Positions 1-12,756 of a stretch of 64,000 bases of DNA are shown here, piece after piece. This stretch comes from Octopus sinensis (taxonomy: Eukaryota): NCBI RefSeq assembly GCF_006345805.1, contig NC_043025.1, positions 7,068,001-7,132,000 of the forward strand, written 5' to 3'. Position numbers and translations under genes: made by a program. The notes under the pieces were generated by a model. That model was not told the origin of the DNA and did not search any database. It saw nothing but the letters and a program-made list of their open reading frames with translations. How positions within the stretch are numbered: the first letter of the stretch is position 1; each line of letters opens with the position of its first letter.

Positions 1-1024
1 TTGCTCTAGTCCACTCAGCTGTCAAAAATGAGTAAGGCTGCGATGGATTAGGGTGTCAGCACCATGATCGTAAGATTGTGGTTTCAATTCCTGGACCGGG
101 CGACGCGTTGTGTTCTTGAGCAAACCACTTCATTTCACGTTGCTCCAGTCCACTCAGCTGGCAAAAATGAGTAAGGCTGCGATGGATTAGGGTGTCAGCA
201 CCATGATCGTAAGATTGTGGTTTCAATTCTTGGACCGGGCGACGCGTTGTGTTCTTGAGCAAACCACTTCATTTCACGTTGCTCCAGTCCACTCAGCTGG
301 CAAAAAGGGAGCAACCGTGTGATGGATCAGTGACCCAACCAGGTGGGGAATATATGTGCCATGAAACTAGGAAACCGGGCCCCTGATATGTTGGCATGAG
401 TCAAAAAGGTAACTTCACCTTTACCGCCTTCACCAAGTAAGTTCACAAGAGTGCAAAAGGTAACAGATGAGTGGAGATATGGGGGGGGGGGGCTGGGGTG
501 GATGCAGTGAATATCAGTTTGGCTGAGGAGAAGGAAACGAAATAGGTGTGGGTGAGAGAGGAGGAGGAGGTGACAGGGACCAGTAGTAGGGATACAATGT
601 GAAATGTAGTGGGGCTGGTGGGGTAAATGATATCATTTTGCAGCAACTGAGTGAGTAGTACCGCAGGAAATTGATAGCTGGGATAGGTGTTAGAAGATGG
701 GTGTTGCTGGGGGAGGTTTAATAAGATCTCAATTCTGTGGGGCAGGATGGGTCTTCTCAAGCGCAGTATTTCAGCACTTAGCTTGGTCCCTTGTCATTTG
801 TTCCTGAAAACCCCATATTGTAATACCCCACTCCACGACACTATATTATTAATACGTGCTTCCCTACTGTTTTCCTCCCTTTGATCCTCTAGTCGTGATC
901 CCATTTTATTCCATAAATTATGTTACCCCTATACCACGACACATTAACAAACACTAGTATCCTTTTTTTTTTTTTTTGCCTTTTTTGTAGCCATTTGTGG
1001 AAGCACATTGCTTAGTGGTTAGGG

Positions 1025-1677
1025 CAGCGTTTCTCAACCGGGCTTCCCTGGAACCCTAGGGTTCCACAAAAGGTTCCTAGGGGTTCTACGAGAAATAGTG
1101 AGATAAGCTTATGCTAATTTCATGATCGTAGTATTACTACACATGCACACCATATTATTGTGATATTGACATTATCCTATCTATTATGTTCTCCAAAAAA
1201 CATAACAACCATTGGGGATATTTCGTGATGGACACCATATATATATATATATAGTGACGCATATTTGCCATTTGAATATGGCTAACCCCTAAGGGTGGAT
1301 GCTACTGTAGTTTGTAGCCTTGTAGCCCCAGGAAGATATCTCCTCCAGCTGGCTATAGACACACTATCTGTGCCCTCTCAGTATTTGTGAAGGGAAGTCA
1401 TCCTCCCCGTCTTCAACTCATGATACACACAGACTCGAGTTTCAAGGTGTGTTTCAAGGTCCGTGTGTATCATGAGTTGAAGACGGGGAGGATGACTTCC
1501 TTCACAAATACTGAGAGGACACAGATAGTGTGTCTATAGCCAGCTGGAGGAGATATCTTCCTGGGGCTACAAACTACAGTAGCATCCACCCTTAGGGGTT
1601 AGCCATATTCAAATGGCAAAAATGCGTCACGATGTGTTACCACTACTGTTTATAACTCACTCTGAGATTTATCATTG

Positions 1678-1718
<41 letters not shown>

Positions 1719-2194
1719 CGGCTATCTGGCCTCTGTGCCGGTAGCATGTAAAAGACACCATCCAAGCGTGATCGTTACCAGCATCGCCTTACTGGCACGT
1801 GTAAAAGATTCGAGCGAGGTTGTTGCCAGTACCGCCTGACTGGCCCCTGCCTGTTGCACATAAAAGGCACCCACTACACCCTCAGAGTGGTTGGTGTTAG
1901 GAAGGGCATCCAGCTGTAGAAACATTGCCAGATCAGTTTGGAGCTTGGTGCGGCCTCCTGGTTCGCCAGACCCCAGTCAAAACCATCCAACCCATGCCAG
2001 CATGGAAGGCAGATGTTAAACAATGATGATGGTGATGATATATATCATAATTACCATGTGAACTACAATGAAAAAATATGAATTTTGATTTTGATTTTTC
2101 CAGTTTCAGCTCATGAGCTGTGGCCATGCTGGGGCACATTGACATGTAATTTATTTTAAGAGTTATACAAGGGTAAAAAGGTTGAGAAACACTG
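1025..2194. mobile_element. hAT-type MITE with nested insertions
   Basis: TIRs cagcgtttctcaacc / ggttgagaaacactg; 8-bp TSD ggttaggg (1017-1024, 2195-2202); inserted in a tRNA-SINE head. Confidence 0.85.
1254..1630. mobile_element. Long fold-back palindrome (arms about 175 bp), related to the sequence flanking the HHR at 3735-3920
   Basis: 1254-1433 is the reverse complement of 1458-1630; ggacacagat..tatagccagctggag..cctggggct shared with 3831-3880. Confidence 0.85.
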
Positions 2195-2657
2195 GGTTAG
2201 GGTGTTGGATTCATGATTGAAAGACTGTGGTTTCAATCCCTGGACTGGGTAGTCCATTGTGTTCTTGAGCAAAACACTTCACTTCATTATGACACTGTGC
2301 TTGAGGAGATCCATTGAGTCAAGGACACCAACATCAAAGATCAATGGAAACTGCAGTTGTGATCCCTGTGCCAGTGGCACGTAAAAAGCACCATCCAAAC
2401 GTGGCCGATGCCAGCGTCGGCGGCACGTGAAAAGCACCCACTACTCTCTCAGAGTGGTTGGCGTTAGGAAGGGCATCCAGCTGTAGAAACACTGCCAGAT
2501 CAGACTGGAGCCTGGTGCAGCCTTCTGGCTTCCCAGATCCCCGGCCGAACCGTCCAACCCATGCTAGCATGGAGAACGGACATTAAACAACAATGATGAT
2601 GATGATGATGATGATGATTTACATTTGATGGATATTTGTCCTCATCTTTGTTATTCC

Positions 2658-2699
2658 CACAACATTTCGGCTGATATACCCTCCAGCCTTCATCAGGTG
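2658..2699 (-). ncRNA. Minimal type I hammerhead motif in a Penelope-like repeat
   Basis: Minus strand: CAC CUGAUGA A GGCUG(10)CAGCC GAAA UG UU|GUG; stem III probably ACGU with CpG decay. Confidence 0.7.
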
Positions 2700-3734
2700 T
2701 CTTGGGAAAATTTAGAACCTGGGTTCTCATTCCTAAGGTATTTTTTGATATTATTATTATTGTGGAGGCACAATGGACCAGTGGTTATGGCAGTGGACTC
2801 GATTCCCAGACCGGGCGTTGTGAGGGTTTATTGAGCGCAAACATCTAAAGCTCCACGAGGCTCCAGCAGGTGGGGGGTGATCTCTGCTGTACTCTTTCGC
2901 CACAACTTTCTCTCACTCTTTCCTCTGTTGGCCTGCTTGCTTAGCCAGCGGGGTGGCGTTATTTGATGGCTAAAACAATGCGAAGCGCATTGTGACCAGC
3001 GATGTGTAGCAACATCTGATAGACTGGTCAGTCACAGTGATCACAGTGATTATTATTATTATCATCATCATTATTATTATTCAGGTCACTGCCTGGAATC
3101 GAACTCGGAATCTTGGGGTTGGTAGCCCGTGCTCTTAACCACTACACCATATGCCATGTTGCTCCAGTCCACTAAGCTGTAGAAATGAGTTCAGCCAGGA
3201 GAGGGCTGGGCTCCACAAGGCTTTTACCCTACACGTGCTACATGGCTGTAGTACCCCAACAACCCCTAAGGGGTTGAGGGACTTGTCAAACCATTTGTGT
3301 TCCTTATTTAACTCTTACATCCGTTAGTCATCTCGGCTCGAGACCACCAGATGCCTCGGCTGTAGTACCCCATAACCCCTAAGGGATTAAGGGACTTGTC
3401 AGACCATTTGTGTTCCTTATTTAACTCTTACATCCGTTAGCCGTCTCGGCTCGAGACCACCGGATGCCCCCTACTATCAAAAGGAAAAACCGGTGGTGCC
3501 AGCAGAGAGTTCTTTCAAATACAGTCGCTGTATGCATGACTGCGACTCCCGTGTGGGCCTGTACAGTCACAACCAACACTGTACCATCATCAGCAGCTGA
3601 CACGATTTCTTTGGGGAGCAGATCCATGTTCTCTCAAGGGAGGCGCAATTTATAGATCAGTAACTAGTTGTCACTTCGAAAACTTTATATTTCGAATGGG
3701 AATTTGACAACGCCACCTCTAGCCGAACAATTAT

Positions 3735-3779
3735 TCTGTGCTGATGAAGGGAAATAACCCGGAAATCACGATACACAGA
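3735..3779 (+). ncRNA. Type I hammerhead motif with A.G at the base of stem II, at the tip of a long hairpin
   Basis: UCUGUG CUGAUGA A GGG(aaauaa)CCC G GAAA UCACGA UA|CACAGA; stem I extends AACAAU/AUUGUU and GGGAAU/AUUCCC. Confidence 0.7.
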
Positions 3780-4141
3780 TATTGTTTTGAGCTGAGTCGG
3801 GGTGCTAGATTCCCTTGTTCGAAAATATAAGGACACAGATCGTGTCGTATAGCCAGCTGGAGATTATGTCTCCTGGGGCTGAATTACAGCAACATTCATC
3901 CTAAACCAGGACTGCCATGTTATGTTGCAAACAATCTTTACTACATATGTAAATTTATATCGCAGATTCCTCAGTATATTGCAGATTTCTGCGGCTGATA
4001 GATATTTATATTTTTTTAGATTTTAATTATTTCTGTAGTAAAATAAACATTTTCGCGCCTAATAATTATAAATAAATAAAAATAGAGTACAGTACTGCAT
4101 TGTATAATACATTAATTAAAATATATTAAAAGAAAATACGT

Positions 4142-5059
4142 AGGCGCAGGAGTGGCTGTGTGGTAAGTAGCTTGCTTACCAACCACATGGTTCCGGGTTC
4201 AGTCCCACTGCGTGGCATCTTGGGCAAGTGTCTCCTGCTATAGCCTCGGGCCGACTGATGCCTTGTGAGTGGATTTGATGGACGGAAACTGAAAGAAGCC
4301 CGTCGTATATATGTATATATAGGCGCAGGAGTGGCTGTGTGGTAAGTAGCTTGCTAACCAACCACATGGTTCCGGGTTCAGTCCCACTGCATGGCATCTT
4401 GGGCAAGTGTCTTCTGCTATAGCCTCGGGCCGACCAAAGCCTTGTGAGTGGATTTGGTTGACGGAAACTGAAAGAAGCCTGTCGTATATATATATGTGTG
4501 TGTGTGTATATGTTTGTGTTTGTGTGTCTGTGTTTGTCCCTCTAGCATTGCTTGACAACCAATGCTGGTGTGTTTACGTCCCCGTCACTTAGCGGTTCGG
4601 CAAAAAGAGACCGATAGAATAAGTACTGGGCTTACAAAGAATAAGTCCTGGGGTCGATTTGCTCGACTAAAGGCGGTGCTCCAGCATGGCCGCAGTCAAA
4701 TGGCTGAAACAAGTAAAAGAGTAAAGAGAGTCTACCATAGACGAGTAAACAAAGAACTGCACATACTGTATGGAAAATGAAACTCGGGAGGCGAGTGTGG
4801 GGTGTTGTTTTGCATTTATTATAAAATAAATATGCACAAATTATAAAAATAAGGAAAAAATATAGGCATAGGAGTGGCTGTGTGGTAAGTAGCTTGCTTA
4901 CCAACCACATGGTTCTGGGTTCAGTCCCACTGCGTGGTACCTTGGGAAAGTGTCTTCTACTATAGTCTCGGGCTGACCAAAGCCTTGTGAGTGGATTTGG
5001 TAGACGGACACTGAAAGAAGCCCATCGTATATATATGTGTGTGTATATATATATGTATA

Positions 5060-5108
<49 letters not shown>

Positions 5109-5360
5109 ATGTTTGTGTTTGTCCCCCCCAACATTGCTTGACAACTGATGCTGGTGTGTTTACGTCCCTGTAACTTGCTCAAGATGCCACGCAGTGGGAC
5201 TGAACCCGGAACCATGTAGGTTATAAGCAAGCTTGTTAAGCCAAACCGCTAGAATAAGTACTGGGCTTACAAAGAATAAGTCCCGGGGTCGATTTGCTTG
5301 ACTAAAAGGCAGTGCTCCAGCATGGCCACAGTCAAATGACTGAAACATTTAAAAGCGAAA
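4142..5360 (+). mobile_element. Cluster of SINE family A copies (about 410-bp tRNA-like SINE with internal (TA/TG)n and (aaagagt)n tail); at least 20 copies in the window
   Basis: Repeated aggcgcaggagtggctgtgtggtaag...gggttcagtccc...accttgggcaagt...cagcatggccgcagtcaaatgactgaaacaagtaaaagagt. Confidence 0.9.
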
Positions 5361-5863
5361 GAGTACAGTACTGTTTCTACTTTGTGGATTTTCACCTATT
5401 GCAAGGGGCTTTGGAATGTAACGCTCGTGATAGTCAAGGGATTACTGTATACTCTCTTTCTCTTTTACTTGTTTCAGTCATTTGACTGCGGCCATGCTGG
5501 AGCACTGCCTTTAGTCGAGCAAATCGACCCCGGAACTTATTCTTTGTAAGCCCAGTACTTATTCTATCGGTCTCTTTTTGCCGAAACGCTAAGTTATGGG
5601 GACGTAAACACACCAGCATCGGTTGTCAAGCAACAGTGGGGGTGATCAAATACAGACACATAAACACATACATACACACATATATATATACATACATACG
5701 ACAGGCTTCTTTCAGTTTCCGTCTACCAAATCCACTCACAAGGCATTGGTCGGCACGAGGGTATAGTAGAAGACACTTGCCCAAGATGCCATGCAGTGGG
5801 ACTGAACCTTGAACCATGTGGTTAGTAAGTAAGCTACTTACAACACAGCCACTCCTATGCCTA

Positions 5864-5894
<31 letters not shown>

Positions 5895-6458
5895 TATATA
5901 CACATACATATATACGACGGGCTTCTTTCAGTTTCCGTCTACCAAATCCACTCACAAGGCATTGGTCGGCCCGAGGCTATAGTAGAAGACACTTGCCCAA
6001 GATGCCACGCAGTGGGACTGAACCCGGAACCATGTGGTTGGTGAGCAAGCTACTTACCACACAACCACTCCTGCGCCATGATGAAACGAATGATGGGTAG
6101 CTTAGATCTTCCACCCCTGGTAGATTGACTAAAAAAAAAAAAAGCATGAAAGAAGTTAGGACACCAGTTCTGTTGATGTCTCACAGAGATGATGGTATTG
6201 ATGGGTTTTTTTTCCGCCTTGTCCTGGCACAAATCCAAACTGCATCACATCCAAGCTAATTGTTTTCCTAATTAACTGAGCTATTAACGCTTCCTGCTAC
6301 TTTCATAGCTTGGTCGATCAATTTGAGGCCTCACTTTGTTGCTGCTTTCTCCTAGAGTATCTTTGCCCTTGTAGCAGTCAGTGAGGTCTCTGCTATGCCA
6401 GTTGGTGCATGTGACACTTCAGTGGTGTGTGTGTGTGTGTGTGTGTATCATGCTAGAT

Positions 6459-6782
6459 CAGTGGTTTTCAACCAGGGTTCCGCCAGTACAGTCCAGGGGT
6501 TCCACAAGAAGTTACAAAACTGCTAAAATCGGCAGTAATTTTTAATTCTCCTGTGCAGATATACTCTTTACTCTTTTACTTGTTTCAGTCATCTGACCGC
6601 TGCCATGCTGGAGCACCGCCTTTTAATCGAGCAACTCGACCCCGGGACTTATTCTTTTTTTTTTAAAGCCCAGTACTTATTCTATCGGTCTCTTTTGCCG
6701 AACCGCTAAGTAACGGGGACATAAACACACCAGCATCGGTTGTCAAGCAATGCTAGGGGGACAAACACAGACACACACACAT

Positions 6783-6825
<43 letters not shown>

Positions 6826-7086
6826 CGACGGGCTTCTTTCAGTTTCCGTCTACCAGATCCACTCACAAGGCTTTGGTTGGCCCGCGGCTATAGTAGAAGA
6901 CACTTGCCCAAGGTGCCACGCAGTGGGACTGAACCCGGAACCATGTGGTTGGTAAACAAGCTACTTACCACACAGCCACTCCTGCGCCTGTGTGCATAAG
7001 ACTATTAAATTATTGCGCAGGGGTTCCTCTAGCCAGTGGAATGTTTCCTTGGGGTTCCGATCCAGCAAAAAGTTTGAAAAGCACTG
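6459..7086. mobile_element. hAT-type MITE containing a SINE
   Basis: TIRs cagtggttttcaa / ttgaaaagcactg; 8-bp TSD tgctagat. Confidence 0.85.
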
Positions 7087-7143
7087 TGCTAGATCGTTAG
7101 CTCCTACACGCATTTTTTTCTCTCCTTGTTTCTTTTCTGCGTA

Positions 7144-7181
7144 TCTTTCTGTCAAAGAGCGTAGGCTCGAAACGTAAAAGA
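7144..7181 (+). ncRNA. Hammerhead-like motif, variant core (second copy at 7556-7593)
   Basis: UCUUU CUGUCAA A GAGC(guag)GCUC GAAA CG UA|AAAGA; the sister copy has core CUGUAGA. Confidence 0.5.
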
Positions 7182-8459
7182 CTTGTTCTATTTCTATTCC
7201 TGAGCGTTATACTAATACAATTGTTTTTTTGTACTCCATCTGCCTTCGTCTTTTGTTTATTTTCGTAAAGCTTCCCGTTATATATATATATATATATATA
7301 TATACGTATGTGTGTGTATGTATATGTGTATATATATATATGTGTGTATGTATATGTGTATATGTATATATGTATGTGTGTGTATATATACGTGTATATG
7401 TGTATATATATATATGTATGTGTGTATATATACGTGTATATGTGTATATATATATATATGTGTGTGTGTGGGTGTATATATACATATATATATGTATATG
7501 TGTGTGTGTGACTATATATATATATATATACTCTTTCTGTTTATTTTCTCATATTCCTATCTGTAGAAGAGCATAGACTTGAAACGTAAAAGACTTTCTC
7601 ACCTTCCCAAGTGTCAAACTAATACACCTGCTTGTTGTTCATACCCCTGTCTTCGCCTTTTGTTTTACTGTTAATTTATAGGCGCAAGTGTGGTTGTGTG
7701 CTAAGAAGCTTGCTTCTCAACTACATGGTTCTGGGTTCAATCCCACTGTGTGGCACCTTGGGCAAGTGTCTTCTGCTATAGCCTCGGGCTAACCAAAGCC
7801 TTGTGAGTGGATTTCGTAGATGGAAACTGAAAGAAGCCCGTCGTATATATGTATATATATATATATGTATGTGTGTGTGTATATTTGTGTGTCTGTGTTT
7901 GTGCCCCCAACATCGCTTGACAACCGATGCTGGTGTGTTTACGTCCCCGTAACTTAGCGGTTAGGTAAAAGGAGCTCGATAGAATAAGTACTAGGCTTAC
8001 AAAGAATAAGTCCTGGGGTCGATTTGCTCGACTAAAGGTGGTGCTCCAGCATGGCCACAGTCAAATGACTTACACAAGTAAAAGAGTAAATAAGCATTAC
8101 ATTTGACAGGATAATCCGGATGCTTAAAAACGGTTATTGCCAGTCTTCTGTGCTGGCATGGGTGGAAGGGAGCCAGCAGGACCCGACGAGTTGGACGACC
8201 GCGTCGTCGCAAGATCCATGTTTGTTTTGGCAGGGTCTCCACGTGAAGATGTCCTTCCTAATGTCAACCACCTCGGTGGTCTGAGTGCATTTTTGACGGC
8301 AACAACACTTGGAAGATTGCCAAGTGACTTGCAAGGAGAAACAGACAACATCAACAAGAACAACAAAGCAAAAAAAAACAAAGAACAAAACAAAATTGTC
8401 GGACTGGTTAGGAGTGTAGAAGAGAGGGAGGTGGCTTTATTCCAGGAATTGGGGAACAA

Positions 8460-9690
8460 AACAAGGACACATTAGACAATGTAGTCTTTGATACACTGTG
8501 TCTGAATGATAGGCAGGATGGTCACAGCTGGAATTCATTTCTTCATAGGTCTGCTGGACCACGTCAGACCTGGGGCTAAACAACATCAACAAGGAAGGAC
8601 ACATTGAATGATGTAGTCCTTGATACACTATGCATGGATAAAAGGCAGGATGGTCTGCTGGACCATGTCTGGCCTGGGGCTAAATATCAACAAAGAAGGA
8701 CACATTGAATGATGTAGTCCTTGATACACTATGCATGGATAAAAGGCAGGATGGTCACAGCTGAAATTCATTACATCATGGGTCTGCTGGACCACGTCTG
8801 ACCTGGGGCTAAACAACATCAGCAAGGAAGGACACATTGAATGATGTAGTCCTTGATACACTATGCATGGATAAAAAGCAGGATGGTCACAGCTGGAATT
8901 CATTACATCATAGGTCTGCTGGACCACGTCTGACCCGGGGCTAAACAACATCAACAAGGAAGGACACATTGAATGATGTAGTCCTTGATACACTATGCAT
9001 GGATAAAAGGCAGGATGGTCACAGCTGGAATTCATTACATCATAGGTCTGCTAGACCATGTCTGACCCGGGGCTAAACAACATGAGCAAGGAAGGACACA
9101 TTGAATGATGTAGTCCTTGATACACTATGCATGGATAAAAGACAGGATGGTCAGAGCTGGAACATCCTTGTTCATAGGTTTGCTGGATCAGGATTGACTT
9201 AGGGCTAAACAATAAGGAAGGTCACATTAGATAATGTAGTCCTAGGTGCACTATGCCTGCATAAAAGACAGGGTGGTCACAGTTGGAATATCTTTGATCA
9301 TGACTGACCTGGAGCTAAACAGCATCAAGAAGGAAGGGCACATTGGATAATGTGGTCCCAGATACACCATGTCTGAATGAAAGACAGGATGGTCACAGCC
9401 AGAACAGCTTTGATCATAGGTCTGCTGGATCAGGGCTGGCCTGGGGCTAAACAGCATCAAGAAGGAAGGGCACATTGGATAATGTGGTCCCAGATACACC
9501 ATGTCTGAATGAAAGACAGGATGGTCACAGCCGGAACAGCTTTGATCATAGGTCTGCTGGATCAGGGCTGGCCTGGGGCTAAACAACAACATCAACAAGG
9601 AAGGACACTTTGGGACAGTGTAGTCCTAGATAGACTGTGACAGAATCTCTATGTGGAATGTCTTTGATCACAGGTCTGCTAGAACAGAAC
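8460..9690. repeat. Tandem array, about 132-bp unit, about 9 copies
   Basis: ggacacatt at 8465, 8597, 8698, 8830, 8962, 9094...; inverted relative at 11030-11144. Confidence 0.9.
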
Positions 9691-9691
9691 T

Positions 9692-10905
9692 GACCACCAC
9701 CTCCTCCTCCTCCACTGCCACCATTTCCTTCTCCTTGTCTTCCCCTCTCCTCCTACCACTACTACTACACTTTCTACCTTCACTTCACACAGCAAACTCC
9801 ACCACCAGCACCACCACCACAGCCATTGTCACTACCACCACCGCTACTAATTGTTACCATTGCCATCACACCACCAATACCTACTACTGCTACTACTACT
9901 ACTACCACTACCACCACCACTACTACTACTACTACCACCACTACTACTACCATCACCACCACCACTACTACTACCACCATCACCACTACTACTACCACCA
10001 TCAACACCACTACTACTACTACCACCACCATCACTACTACTAGTACTACTACTACCACCACCACCACCACTACTACTACTACTACCACCATCACCACTAC
10101 TACTACTACTACTACTACTGCTGTTACTGCTGCTGCTGCTACTACTACTACTACTATTACTACTACTACTGCTGCGGCTGTTGCTGCTGCATCATCACTA
10201 CCACCACCACACTTCTTCCATACACTATCTCCACCACCATCACACCTCAACCATTAACCACCACTTTTTCCTTCTTGTCTTCCCCTCTCCTCCTACCACT
10301 ACTACGACACTTTCTACTTTCACTTCACACAGCAAACTCCACCACCACCACCACCAGCCATCATTCACTACCACCAACCATTGCCATCACACAACCAATT
10401 ACTACTGCTATTACACAACCGCCACCACCACATTGCTTCTATACACTATCTCCACCACAACCATCACCACCACACTGCTTCTATACACTATCTCCACAAC
10501 CACCACCACAACCACCACCACCACAACCACCATCACCACAACCACCACCACCATCACCACAACCACCACCACCATCACCACAACCACCACAACCACCATC
10601 ACCACAACCACCATCACCACACTGCTTCTATACACTATCTCCACAACCACCACCACAACCACCATCACCACCACCACAACCACCACCACCATCACCACAA
10701 CCACCACCACCATCACCACAACCACCACAACCACCATCACCACAACCACCATCACCACACTGCTTCTATACACTATCTCCACCACCACTACCACCACCAC
10801 AACCACCACCACACTGCTTCTATACACTATCTCCACAACCACCACCACACTGCTTCTATACACTATCTCCACTACCATCACACCAGGACCATTAACCACC
10901 ACCAC
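9692..10905. repeat. (CAC/TAC/CAT)n low-complexity tract
   Basis: Trinucleotide-rich sequence producing spurious poly-T/P/H/V ORFs. Confidence 0.95.
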
Positions 10906-11144
10906 CTACGTCAGTTTAGCCAGTTCATGAATTTCTCCCGGTGGACACCAAGTACAGTGACCAGTGATACAAGTGACTTAACCTTGGTCAGTGGACTGAA
11001 AATAAAAGGTTGATGGCGGCGGTAGCAGTTGTTTAGCCCCAGGTCTGTCCTGATCCAGTTGACCTATGAGCAAAGATGCTCCAGCTGTGACCGTCCAGCC
11101 TTTTATTCAGACATAGTGTATCTAGGGCTACAATTCATATAATG

Positions 11145-11244
11145 NNNNNNNNNNNNNNNNNNNNNNNNNNNNNNNNNNNNNNNNNNNNNNNNNNNNNNNN
11201 NNNNNNNNNNNNNNNNNNNNNNNNNNNNNNNNNNNNNNNNNNNN
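11145..11244. other. Assembly gap (100 N)
   Basis: Run of exactly 100 N, a typical scaffolding spacer of unknown true size. Confidence 1.
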
Positions 11245-11728
11245 TTTCTGGGATCTCCCAGATAAGGGATACTTTGTCATCAGAGACAAATAGGGAAAAT
11301 GAGAATGGTAAATATATCTATTAATAAGAAGAAATATATATATTAATAAAGAATATATATATTAGTATATATATTAGTAAAGAAATATATATATTATTAA
11401 GATGACGATGCAGAGGAAGGGAGGTACTGAACGTTGATTTGTTTGCGTCTTTTTTCTTGGGATGTCTGGGGATGTCTGCTATATCAGGATTTTAACCCAC
11501 ATGGATCTACGCAGGATTGCACCTAAGGACTTGCACTCATAGATCTACGCAGGATTGCACCTAAGGGCTCATGCTCTGGTTTCTGTAACTTCAGAAAGTT
11601 CAACAATGAACATTTATTGCTTCTTTCTTCTTATTTCTTTCCATCTCCTTATTCTTTTATTTCCTTCCTCTATGTTGTCATCTCATTAATATATACCATT
11701 CTTATTTTCCATATTTTTTTCCCTGTTT

Positions 11729-11793
11729 GTCTCTGAAGACAAAATATCCCATACTTGGGGATACCAGGGATACCCCAGAAACAGCTGTCAGAT
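11729..11793 (+). ncRNA. Hammerhead-like motif with irregular stem II (inverted sister at 11245-11290 cut by the gap; 3' half at about 22555-22580)
   Basis: GUCU CUGAAGA ... GAAA CAGCUG UC|AGAU; the sister reads GUCU CUGAUGA ... GAAA on the minus strand. Confidence 0.55.
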
Positions 11794-11935
11794 TTTAATT
11801 TTCTTCCTATAATAATATTGTATACAACTTGAGATGTTTGCCTTGCCTTAATGTTTGCTGTCCTGTTTAACAATTATATATCCGCTGCATTGGAAATCTG
11901 CAATGGCTCCATAACTACCATCTTAGCTCTAACCT

Positions 11936-12270
11936 GTGAAGGCGTATGGCTCAGTGGTTAGAGCGTCGAGCTTACGATCGTGAGGTTGTGAGCTCGAATT
12001 CCGGACCGGGCTGCATGTAGTGTTCTTGAGCAAGACACTATTTCACGTTGCTCCAGTTCACTCAGTTGTAGAAATGAGTTGCGATGTCACAGGTCCCCAA
12101 GCTGTATCAGCCCCTTTGCCTTTCCCTTGGATAACATCAGAGGTATGGAGAGGGGAGGCCGGTATGCATGGGCGACTGCTGGTCTTCCATAAACCACCTT
12201 GCCCAGACTTGTGACTAGGAGGGTAACTTTCTAGGTGCAATCCCATGGTCATTGACTGAAGGGGGTCCCG
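11936..12270 (+). mobile_element. tRNA-derived SINE family B
   Basis: A box tggctcagtgg, B-box-like gagctcgaattcc; 11-bp TSD agctctaacct. Confidence 0.9.
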
Positions 12271-12385
12271 AGCTCTAACCTTGGAGCCTTAGTAATCCGT
12301 TACAACCTAGTATACCTAATTGTTTAGATCACTTATGAATTAAACCCCCATACTTTGTGTATATATATATATATATATATATAGC

Positions 12386-12416
<31 letters not shown>

Positions 12417-12719
12417 CTTTCACATTCAAAGTGGAGATGCATCTGTGTACTCGTGTCTCTATGTCTGCATATCTGCTTCGTTAATGTTCTGTTCTTAATT
12501 TTCTAAGGTGGTGAGTTGGCAGAATCATTAGAACACTGGCCAAAATTCCACCGAGGTCAACTTTGCCTTTCATCCTTTTGTAGGGGGGTCAATAACTTAA
12601 GTACCAGTCAAGTACTGGGGTTGATGTAATCAACTATTTCCCTCCTCCGAAATTGCTGCCCCTGTGGCAAAATTTGAATTATTATTATTATTATTATATT
12701 AGTAGTAGTATTATTATTG

Positions 12720-12756
<37 letters not shown>

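Noticed and set aside
5360-5452. Possible Tigger/pogo-like MITE end (minus strand tacagtaatccc...)
   Set aside because: The matching opposite terminus was not located, so it is not called as a feature
8137-8475. GC-richer 112-aa ORF that looked exon-like
   Set aside because: Matches the diverged family C RTE-tail repeat (gatgtccttcctaatgtcaaccac); no PBRM1 similarity
9651-11013. Long ORFs rich in T, P, H or V (up to 359 aa)
   Set aside because: Translations of CAC/TAC/CAT microsatellite, open in several frames, with no domain or splice support
11936-12015. tRNA-like sequence
   Set aside because: SINE head with A/B boxes followed by SINE body and TSD; no convincing cloverleaf
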